A DNA stretch of 64,000 nt, taken from the IMG/VR virus record IMGVR_UViG_2571042005_000001, positions 48,446-112,445 of that record. The stretch is one strand, 5' to 3'. Origin of the DNA: a virus. Its lineage: Duplodnaviria; Heunggongvirae; Uroviricota; Caudoviricetes. The position numbers were made by a program, and so were the translations under genes. Below, piece after piece: positions 57,334 to 64,000 of this stretch; position 1 is the stretch's first letter, and every line of letters starts with the position of its first letter. Below the pieces are notes generated by a model. That model had not been told where the DNA came from. It saw nothing but the letters and a program-made list of their open reading frames with translations, and made no database searches.

Positions 57334-58179
57334 ATGACGCCCCCAAAAGGGAGCGGGGGTTTCATGAAAAAAGCCCCCCCGAGAGGGGCCAGCACTTGGA
57401 GTGACACGAAAAACGCAAGGCAACTCGGGGCCTTGATGCCGAACCGTGAACTTGGGGAAGTGTGGCTGGAGACAAGGAATCCAGCAGGGAAGATTTCTCA
57501 CTGGGTCAGAAAGACGTGGCCTGTAAGTTGAGGCACCCAGCGAGACTGCAAAGGTCTGGATTCGTTCTGGTGGACCGGGGGGGAAGCCCGGCAGCCAAGG
57601 AAGAAAAATTCACGGGTCCCTCACAGCGAAACGCTGATCGGGTGTTACAGTCATGCCCTGCCCTCCTCTGAAGCGACAGGCACTCATCACGGCAGCCACG
57701 GGCGCTCCGATGTCTCATCGGGGTGGGTTCCATCAATCTGGTACAGCCGTGATTTTGGGGTTGTGGATCCGCCGCACATCCACAAGCGGCGCAGTCCCCA
57801 AGACGCTCCCACTGGGGCAATGGAGCCAACCTCACCGGCACGAACCTCACGATTACACCGGGTCCTTCGCTTGCCCTTGGAGCAAGAACCACCCTCATCC
57901 TCAGGGCTGGCGACTGGTTTTCTTGGTTGACTTTCCTGTACTGCAAAATGTGCTTCTTCCATTCCGTCTGAAAGGGTCACCTGTCCAGCGCAACCCGCAA
58001 GTGGGGCTTCTGCTCCACTGCAGCCAGGCCTTCCTGAATGACTTTCAGGTGTTCCGGAAAAGCACGGTTGTCAAACAACTCCGGTGCCGCGTTTCTGGGG
58101 GTGGGTGCGGTTGCCTTGGCCCACTTCAAACAACAGGAATCCACGGCCTGCACAAGCAGACCTCCACAAAGCAGGTTTG

Positions 58180-58509
58180 TCACCTGACTGTTCTGGTTGA
58201 TTCCTTCTGAGACTTCCTGCGACGACGCGCCCTGAAACGCAAGAACTCCTCTGGGGCCGGCTCGTTTTCAGTGAGCAGGTCCTCATAGCGGGCGATCTGT
58301 TTGTCCTCGGGCAGCTTGCTGTTCAGAAAGTCGCGGTATTGCTTCAGGATCATGAAAGTGGGGTTGTAGATGGGTTTCCTGAACCACTTGTACGCCGTTT
58401 CCTTGCTGATTCCTGACTCTGTGACGAACCGTTGCTTCTGGCGTTCGGCTGACACGTCAAAACCAGCGGTCTTCAGGAGGTCAAAAAGTTTATGAGGAGA
58501 AACGTACAT
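58180..58509 (-). CDS. Cro-like / small regulatory protein (109 aa), divergent from the CI-like gene
   Basis: Leftward gene abutting an AT-rich operator region. Basic C-terminus (RFRARRRRKSQKESTRTVR). Confidence 0.4.
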   Translation of the reverse strand: MYVSPHKLFDLLKTAGFDVSAERQKQRFVTESGISKETAYKWFRKPIYNPTFMILKQYRDFLNSKLPEDKQIARYEDLLTENEPAPEEFLRFRARRRRKSQKESTRTVR

Positions 58510-58561
58510 GTGTAACTTATTGTACTCAGCAGTCTAAATGAAAGTCAACACTTTAACTGCT

Positions 58562-58623
58562 GGGCACACTTTTTGATATTGTTCAAATTTTACAGAGGGC
58601 AGAGATGAGCAAAAAGTGTAACC
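58562..58623. promoter_or_regulatory. Operator: imperfect inverted repeat (GGGCACACTTTTTGAT ... AGCAAAAAGTGTAACC) in the Cro/CI intergenic region, inside an AT-rich divergent promoter region (58510-58710)
   Basis: The arms CACACTTTTTG and CAAAAAGTGTA are reverse complements (10 of 11 positions), separated by about 30 bp. The same ACACTTTTTG core recurs at 59846, 59937 and 60150. Confidence 0.5.
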
Positions 58624-58710
58624 AGAGGTTTGTAAGCTCCGTGTGATACGTGATATAGAATCATTTATATTACTGAGTACCCTAAATGCAGGGTTGGAGG
58701 AAGGTCCAGA

Positions 58711-59284
58711 GATGCCAAGGAAACCCGTTGCAACACCCAAGCCAGAGAAGATCATTGATGCCAGGGATGCCGGGCTGGCTTTGAAGCATTGGATGAAGAG
58801 CCACATCAATCCGAGAACAAACCAGCGGTGGACGCTTGACGAGTTGGCTTCCGTCACGGGGATCAGTCGAACCACTTTGGGGCATTACCTTTCTGGGAAT
58901 CGAGATCTTCGCAAAATCACCCAACCGATTGCACAGAAATTGCTGCCTGTGCTGGGGATGACGGATCAAGAGTTTTGGGATTATTTTGATGTCCCGCAGA
59001 AACGGTGGGCTGAGGTGCGGGTGTTTGATCAGCCGGTGCAGCGTCTGGAAGCGGAGACGCTGCACATTGTTGCTCAAGATGAAATCAAAGGTGAATGGCC
59101 CATTGCTGTGGGCATTCACCTTTACGTGCAGCCAGATGAAGGCACTGGCTTTTTGTTGTTCAAAGTGGGCGATGAGCTGAGGACTTACCGGAGCGATTCG
59201 GCATTCATTCCTGCAGGAGCAAAATCAGTTGGCGCGATCCTATGGGCTGATGCAGAGCCTCTGCTGCGCGCATTGCGTCGCTGA
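58711..59284 (+). CDS. CI-like repressor, XRE-family HTH N-terminal domain plus uncharacterised C-terminal domain (190 aa; start MPRKPVAT with RBS GGAGGAAGG)
   Basis: HTH segment WTLDELASVTGISRTTLGHYLSGNRD. Divergent arrangement with the Cro-like gene. No clear S24 Ser-Lys dyad was seen in the C-terminal domain. Confidence 0.5.
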
Positions 59285-59483
59285 AATGTTCAGGTTGCAC
59301 CAAAATCCGCATGTGTTCCCCTTCTGGCTGCATTTGCAGGGGGAAGCGCCTAGCGAGCAGGGCGGCTTCCCGAGGGGTCAATTTCACGGTGAGCTCTCGG
59401 GTGTAAGTGGATTCAAAATGTTGGGTTGTTGTCATGAGGGGTTCCCGGGGTGGTGCCGAATTGCAACCTGTGCTTGTGGTTGT

Positions 59484-59720
59484 TTATGATTTGCAGTTCA
59501 AAATGAGGGTTTCAACTTCTTGCATGTTTTGCTGGACCACATAATAGTAGTCCGCATCACCATACCGGCGACTTGTGTAAAGAATCCATTCGGATTCCAG
59601 CAAGTCGCGTTGTTCTCTGGTGAGACCTGTCCCGATGCAGACTAGTCCATCCAATTGGTATTCTGCGGGGAAGTTGCTCCTATTTGTCGATGGTGCAGTC
59701 ACAAAAAACCTCCGTAACAC
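59484..59720 (-). CDS. Hypothetical protein (78 aa)
   Basis: Minus-strand ORF. Confidence 0.3.
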   Translation of the reverse strand: MLRRFFVTAPSTNRSNFPAEYQLDGLVCIGTGLTREQRDLLESEWILYTSRRYGDADYYYVVQQNMQEVETLILNCKS

Positions 59721-59943
59721 AAGATATTGCGATTCAGGTTATTACAGGGTTGTTTGAATAAGGTATCACACTTATACGAATTAAGGAATTACACCTATCT
59801 GAAAAGGGGGTTTTGGGGTAAGTGAAAACCCCTAAAGTTTGTAAGGTCACACTTTACATTTTCACCATGCACTCATGCGTCAATTTTTGGGGTTTTTGGG
59901 CGTGTTTTGACGCCTCAAAGACAAGCAACCCCCGCAAAAGTGT

Positions 59944-59975
59944 GACCAAAAAGAACCCCCGAATGGTTCGGGGGT
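59944..59975 (-). terminator. Rho-independent terminator (minus strand) downstream of the TPR gene and small ORF
   Basis: CCCCCGAA-tgg-TTCGGGGG stem followed on the minus strand by TTCTTTTTGG. Confidence 0.55.
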
Positions 59976-60032
59976 CCAAAGTCCCATCTTGAAGTTCAGC
60001 AACTGGCGCAAGGCCCGGGAGGATTTCCTCCA

Positions 60033-60149
60033 TCAGCATATGCAGCAGAAGGGGTGGCCAGAGAGAAAAGGGCAACAAGAACCAGACTCAGCATACGTCT
60101 CATCATGATCTAAACGTATGCTGAATACCACGTGAAATCTCAAAAGCAT
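60033..60149 (-). CDS. Candidate small peptide gene (38 aa: MLLRFHVVFSIRLDHDETYAESGSCCPFLSGHPFCCIC), start 2 nt after the TPR gene's stop codon
   Basis: It shares a reading direction with the TPR gene and lies between that gene's stop and the terminator at 59944-59975. Hydrophobic N-terminus and Cys-rich C-terminus. It overlaps an 11-bp perfect inverted repeat (tcagcatacgt-N16-acgtatgctga, 60088-60125), which could instead be an operator or hairpin. Confidence 0.3.
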   Translation of the reverse strand: MLLRFHVVFSIRLDHDETYAESGSCCPFLSGHPFCCIC

Positions 60150-60151
60150 GG

Positions 60152-61606
60152 TCACACTTTTTGATTGATGAAGGGCGAAATCAAGTCCAGCACTGGCTGC
60201 AGGATCAAAGGGTACACCCCGTGCCGCTCCATGGCTTCCCGGTGACGGTAAGCCTGGGTGCGTCCCCTGCGGGGCAATTTTTGACCAGACAGAACCCCCA
60301 GAGCGAGTCGAACCATGTATTTTTTGGGGCAACCCGGGTATTTTCTGTTCCGCCATTTTGCCTTTTCGTAGGTGACCACCACATAATCTTCGACGTGCTT
60401 CTGGAGCCCTCCGAACCGCTCGGACAGCAGGTACATGACCACTGGGGTGAAGTTTTTCATCCACGTGATCAGGAATTGCTGTTCGCCTTCAGGAAGGTGT
60501 TTGAACTGCCCCACCATCATTTTTGCAGCTTGGTCCAGCTCTGGGCCCCGAGGCAACTCTGGGAGGTTCGCATGAATCTGGATTTTGGTGGCGTAGTACA
60601 TCAAGGCCAGCACCGGAATGCCTGTGGTGGGGTGCCGGAAACTGCTGTTGAGGTGCTCCAGAGCGGTGAGGTCGTGGTGCAAGCTCTTGGCAAGGGCCAC
60701 AACGGCATGTGAAACAAAACCGTTGATTTCACCCCGGTTGGCCCCGGCATGCTTGGTGATGGCGTCCACGAGCTGCTGGCGTTCGTCGGCCACCTCTTCG
60801 GTGTGCATCAGCATGAAATTCAGGTGGTAATGCTCGTAGAGTTTGCCCAACTTGCGAAACAACTTGGCAATCCACGGCAAGAATGCCTCCGGTGCCTCTT
60901 CGTAGTTGTCCCGACTGAACTGGCCTTGCAGTTCAGCGATGGCTTTCTGCATGTGCAGGGGCAATTCTGTGGTGGGAGATGACTGCATCCAGGCGATCAT
61001 CCCCAGGTACTCCTGGCAGCCGACGTACATCAAACTGTTGGGCACGCAACCCTGCATGACACCCTTAAAAGCATGGGTGGCTGCACTAAAATCACCCCGG
61101 AACAAACGCATGCGTGCCATTTCATAGGAAGCAATCCACTCGGCGTTCTGGTCGCCGGTCATTTTGGCGATTTTGATTGCATCAAACATCCGAATGTCGG
61201 CCTGCGTGTGACGCCCGATCTGGTTTGCAGCGGTGGCGACTGCGAGCAGCAGGCGGAACCTTGCTTCCACATCCGTCCCAGTATTCACTGAGATGTCCGG
61301 GTTGAGGCTCTCAGCCATCATCTTCAACTGCGCTTCATTGGCCCTGCGGGTCAGGATGGCAAAGTACCAAGCTTTGCACAACTGGCAGCCCTTGTGCTGG
61401 TACAGCAACGCCAGAGCTTCATCGATCTGGCCGAGCCTGGACAGGATCCGGGCGATCCTTGCGTCCCGGATGCTGGAGTCCGGCAACTGCCGCAGGGCAG
61501 CCAGCAGGTCAGCATAACGGTTTGTGGCTTCAACCTCTGCATAAAAAGCCGACCATTCCACGTGCTGGTGGATCAATACATTCAATTTTTCTGCATCGGG
61601 AATCAT
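60152..61606 (-). CDS. TPR-like helical-repeat regulatory protein (about 484 aa; start MIPDAEKLNV)
   Basis: Helical repeat composition throughout, with recurrent A/L/Y/W-rich pairs of helices. Located two genes from the CI-like repressor. Preceded by an AT-rich promoter region (61610-61660). Confidence 0.55.
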   Translation of the reverse strand: MIPDAEKLNVLIHQHVEWSAFYAEVEATNRYADLLAALRQLPDSSIRDARIARILSRLGQIDEALALLYQHKGCQLCKAWYFAILTRRANEAQLKMMAESLNPDISVNTGTDVEARFRLLLAVATAANQIGRHTQADIRMFDAIKIAKMTGDQNAEWIASYEMARMRLFRGDFSAATHAFKGVMQGCVPNSLMYVGCQEYLGMIAWMQSSPTTELPLHMQKAIAELQGQFSRDNYEEAPEAFLPWIAKLFRKLGKLYEHYHLNFMLMHTEEVADERQQLVDAITKHAGANRGEINGFVSHAVVALAKSLHHDLTALEHLNSSFRHPTTGIPVLALMYYATKIQIHANLPELPRGPELDQAAKMMVGQFKHLPEGEQQFLITWMKNFTPVVMYLLSERFGGLQKHVEDYVVVTYEKAKWRNRKYPGCPKKYMVRLALGVLSGQKLPRRGRTQAYRHREAMERHGVYPLILQPVLDLISPFINQKV

Positions 61607-61660
61607 GAGCACCTCTCTCAGTGTAACAAAAGGCACGGGGGGGTACCCCGTGCCAAGCGG

Positions 61661-61981
61661 TCATTCTGTAATCCAGATCTCCTCGATGAGGCCTTCGTTG
61701 ACCCTCACCCCGAGGGTGCATTTCAATGCAAGTGCCTGCCCGATCGCATTGCGGGTCTGGTCGATGAGCTTCGCCGGAACACCGAAAGTCACCCAGCTCC
61801 CGTTGATCTGCAGGTCAAGGGTGGCCCCTGCCCAGGGTTCTTTGCGACGGAAAGGGACGTTTTCGTGCACGTCCCCTTCCAGGGCCTGCTGGGTGAACAG
61901 GTGCGGGTGGGCTTCGAGCAGTTTGCGGGTGGCGATTTTGCCGATGATCGCTTCAAGGTCCTCTGGGAAAAGGCGTTTCAC
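61661..61981 (-). CDS. Hypothetical protein (106 aa)
   Basis: Minus-strand ORF. Confidence 0.35.
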   Translation of the reverse strand: MKRLFPEDLEAIIGKIATRKLLEAHPHLFTQQALEGDVHENVPFRRKEPWAGATLDLQINGSWVTFGVPAKLIDQTRNAIGQALALKCTLGVRVNEGLIEEIWITE

Positions 61982-62406
61982 TTCAGCGCCTCAGGTTGGA
62001 TGATCCCGCGGACCAGCAATTCTTTGAGGAGGGTGGCTCTGGTGGCTTCGATGGTCAAGGCGATCACATCGCCCAGCTCGGCTTTGCATTCATGGTCGAG
62101 GTGCTTCCCGAGGTGGTGGATGAGGATGCGGGTTGCTTGCTCCTGACTGGCTTCTGCCCGGTGGCCGAGGGAATCAATGGCTTCCTGGGCTTCGACGCTC
62201 ACCCCGTTTTTCTGGGCGCGCATCAGCACGAGCCGTTCACGTTCGGCTTTCCATTCAGCCTGGGTTTCTTCGCTGAAACGCTGGAGTTCTTCGCGGTGCG
62301 CCTCGAAGCCCTCTGTGGCCTCAATGTCCCAGCAGGGGTCAGCAGCCCAACTGCGTTTGAGGGCTTCGATTTCTTCGGGGGTGCGGGGTGCGGGTGTGTT
62401 TTTCAT
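61978..62406 (-). CDS. Hypothetical acidic helical protein (142 aa)
   Basis: Minus-strand ORF with a 4-nt overlap. Confidence 0.35.
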   Translation of the reverse strand: MKNTPAPRTPEEIEALKRSWAADPCWDIEATEGFEAHREELQRFSEETQAEWKAERERLVLMRAQKNGVSVEAQEAIDSLGHRAEASQEQATRILIHHLGKHLDHECKAELGDVIALTIEATRATLLKELLVRGIIQPEALK

Positions 62407-62693
62407 GCTGCCATCTCCAGAGCCAGAATTTTGCTTGCAGGAAGGGGCTCAAGGTCCCCTTCTTGCATGAGCGCGTTGATGTATGCGGCTTCCTCTTCCA
62501 CTGCGGACTGTACAACCCCGGTGCCCCAACATCTGGCGCACTCCACTTCCTGGTTGCCGTACTCGGGCACGTCCACGACGACAAGCCCGTTGTGGCAATG
62601 CTGGCAAGGCATGTGGCTTTCAACCACGGGGTCTTGCTGGTTGCGGAAGATGGCTTCAGGGAAATCCTGCCATGGGAAGGCAGGGCGGCACAT
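62403..62693 (-). CDS. Zn-binding protein (96 aa; CQHCHNG ... CARCWGTG)
   Basis: Two Cys/His pairs spaced about 25 aa apart. Confidence 0.4.
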   Translation of the reverse strand: MCRPAFPWQDFPEAIFRNQQDPVVESHMPCQHCHNGLVVVDVPEYGNQEVECARCWGTGVVQSAVEEEAAYINALMQEGDLEPLPASKILALEMAA

Positions 62694-62914
62694 CAGGAAG
62701 CCCTCTGATTGATGTACTGGCGGAAGTGTGTTTCAGCGTCCTTGCGGGCGTAGAATTCTTCTCTGGCTTTGGAGACGGCTTTGTTGACGCAGGTGCGGCA
62801 TTCGGTTTTGCCACGCACCCAGTTGCCGCAGTCGGCATCTTTGACTTCTTTGCAGGATGAGCACAGGCGGGCGAGGGAGGAAAAGGCGGGGCCTTTCATA
62901 CGGCCACCACCCAT
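62693..62914 (-). CDS. Small Zn-finger protein (73 aa; CSSCKEVKDADCGNW ... CRTC)
   Basis: Four-Cys pattern and basic composition. Confidence 0.4.
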   Translation of the reverse strand: MGGGRMKGPAFSSLARLCSSCKEVKDADCGNWVRGKTECRTCVNKAVSKAREEFYARKDAETHFRQYINQRAS

Positions 62915-63411
62915 CCAGCACCTGTGTTGCTGCGCTTGTGGATTTCGATGGCGGCCTGCAAGTAGTCCATGATTTCGCGCATTTCGCCGCGTTTGATTTC
63001 GGTGAAGCTGGTGATGGTGCGGCCAGTGACACGGGAAGCGAGTTCTTTCTGATTGACGCGCATGCCGGTGCCCTTGTTCATTTCGCCGAGGGTGCGGTGA
63101 AACTGGTGGGCTTCACCCAAGCTGAGGGTGGTTTCGGCAAGGTCGATGCTTTCGGTGGTGACGGGCTGGAACTGCATGCGCTTGCCGGAAGCATCGAGGG
63201 TGTTAACAACTTTGAGGATCCAGCGGGCGGCGTCTTCGATGGTTTGCAGTTTGCCGTTCACGTGCACTTCCACGGTGTCGCCGGTGCGAGTGGCTTCAAC
63301 GTTGAAAGTTTGGGCGGGGGTGTCCATCCATTCGCGCTCGCTGATGGTTGCGGCCACTTTCAGGTAGCCTTTGTCTTGCATTTTGCTGGAGAGGGTTTGT
63401 AGAGTGTTCAT
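62896..63411 (-). CDS. Hypothetical early protein (about 171 aa; start MNTLQTLS with RBS GAGGTGGA)
   Basis: First gene behind the consensus promoter at 63479-63510. Confidence 0.45.
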   Translation of the reverse strand: MNTLQTLSSKMQDKGYLKVAATISEREWMDTPAQTFNVEATRTGDTVEVHVNGKLQTIEDAARWILKVVNTLDASGKRMQFQPVTTESIDLAETTLSLGEAHQFHRTLGEMNKGTGMRVNQKELASRVTGRTITSFTEIKRGEMREIMDYLQAAIEIHKRSNTGAGWVVAV

Positions 63412-63478
63412 TGATTCCACCTCAACTGGGATTCCTGTAGAGGACGCTTGCTGCCAGGCGGTCTGTCCTCTCAGGTGA

Positions 63479-63532
63479 TTTCATTGTACATCATTCCGAT
63501 ATACTTGTCAATCTCTCGGATATACAGTATCA
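63479..63532. promoter_or_regulatory. Back-to-back divergent promoters sharing the -35 region. The minus-strand promoter is TTGACA-N17-TACAAT (63479-63510). The plus-strand promoter is TTGTCA-N17-TATCAT (63504-63532), which gives a leaderless transcript for the HTH gene. GATATAC operator half-sites sit in both spacers.
   Basis: Read on the minus strand: ttgacaAGTATATCGGAATGATGtacaat. This is the second copy of the 22539-22570 element. Read on the plus strand: ttgtcaATCTCTCGGATATACAGtatcat, with the ATG only 6 nt downstream at 63539. Confidence 0.55.
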
Positions 63533-63538
63533 TTTGGG

Positions 63539-63770
63539 CATGACACACGATGACCTCGAACAACAACTGGCCGAACAACTCAAAACCCGCATGGCCCAGC
63601 AAGGCCACACCCAAGAAAGCCTCGGGCTGGCCATCGACCCAGCCGCCAAACAACCCAGACAAAACATCCACCAGTACCTCTCTGGCAGTCGCAGTTTGCT
63701 GGTCGGCACCACCCTCAAAATCCTGAAAGCCCTCGGAGCCAAACGCATCCACATTGAATGGAAAGACTGA
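63539..63770 (+). CDS. Small XRE-family HTH protein (77 aa), probably leaderless
   Basis: HTH segment QGHTQESLGLAIDPAAKQPRQNIHQYLSGSRS. The ATG lies at the predicted transcription start. Immediately followed by the iteron array. Confidence 0.5.
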
Positions 63771-63990
63771 CCCGAGACCTTTTTGTGTGGTTTGTCCCCA
63801 GAACAGAGACCTTTTTGTGTGGTTTGTCCCGGGCCCAGCAGAGACCTTTTTGTGTGGTTTCAGCAAAAGCCCCAGCAAAAGCCACCTGTAGACACAGGGA
63901 CCTTTTTGTGTGGTTCAAAACCCACCACCACCAAAACACCGTTCTGCACAAGATTTCCTCAGAAGCCCAGAACAGAGACCTTTTTGTGTG
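63764..63990. repeat. Iteron-like array: at least 5 direct copies of GAGACCTTTTTGTGTGGTT at irregular spacing (32, 35, 57 and 77 bp). The array runs to the window edge.
   Basis: Copies at 63764, 63796, 63831, 63888 and 63965. Copies 2 and 5 share the longer unit cccagaacagagacctttttgtgtg. Confidence 0.75.
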
Positions 63991-64000
63991 ATTCACCCCC

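Noticed and set aside
57340-58179. ORFs 57506..57946, 57687..57980 and 57977..58183 as a degraded integrase
   Set aside because: The translations lack tyrosine- or serine-recombinase motifs and look compositional. The region is left as unexplained non-coding sequence.
59205-59435. 76-aa minus-strand ORF overlapping the 3' end of the CI-like gene
   Set aside because: It overlaps the better-supported plus-strand repressor gene by about 80 nt and has no RBS. It is probably spurious.
63764-63990. Possible CRISPR array (short direct repeats at the window end)
   Set aside because: The repeat unit is only about 19 nt, the spacing is irregular (32, 35, 57, 77 bp), some spacers are shorter than the repeat and two spacers share sequence. 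There is no cas context. This fits an iteron or binding-site array better.

Overview
This 64 kb window is GC-rich and almost entirely phage-like. It looks like most of a large siphovirus-type temperate phage or prophage from a high-GC bacterium, read mainly on the minus strand. No integrase was recognised and neither end shows host sequence, so the window is probably internal to the element.

Layout, in order of plus-strand coordinates:
- 1-15.6 kb: late/structural module (tape-measure protein >1500 aa running off the window start, tail genes, major tail, head-tail joining genes, a signal-peptide moron, major capsid, decoration-like protein, S49 protease/scaffold, portal, large and small terminase).
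- 15.6-17.3 kb: C5-cytosine methyltransferase, ParB-like nuclease and an intact tRNA-Trp(CCA).
- 17.5-57 kb: a long accessory/early region of mostly uncharacterised minus-strand genes. Inside it sit a perfect-consensus promoter at 22.5 kb and compositionally distinct GT-skewed blocks at 21.4-22.5 and 25.8-33 kb. These blocks hold a DUF262 protein, a divergently oriented GNAT plus hyper-acidic protein cassette with its own promoter and terminator, a DUF559/Vsr-like endonuclease and a calcineurin-like phosphatase.
- 35-41.5 kb: a regulatory/replication cluster (multi-wHTH protein, coiled-coil protein, ASCH protein, Rha antirepressor, a 715-aa multi-HTH protein with an in-frame 9-bp tandem repeat).
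- 41.5-52 kb: a DNA-modification and accessory set (PAPS-reductase-like, Dam-type MTase, Gp37/Gp68 DUF5131, SPFH lipoprotein, a membrane protein with an HD-like motif).
- 52.9-57.3 kb: two tRNA-like 3' fragments and an intact tRNA-Thr(CGT).
- 58.2-59.3 kb: a divergent Cro-like/CI-like lysogeny switch with an inverted-repeat operator.
- 60.0-61.6 kb: a TPR-repeat regulator followed 2 nt later by a 38-aa Cys-rich small ORF and a rho-independent terminator.
- 61.6-63.4 kb: small Zn-binding and other early genes behind a second copy of the consensus promoter.
- 63.5-64.0 kb: a leaderless small HTH gene followed by an array of 5 or more iteron-like direct repeats.

The most interesting candidates are the TPR-plus-peptide module (a possible peptide-based lysis-lysogeny communication system), the reverse-oriented GNAT/acidic-protein/DUF262 moron locus, and the duplicated operator-containing promoters with the terminal iteron array. 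All functional calls rest on motif recognition by eye; no database searches were possible.
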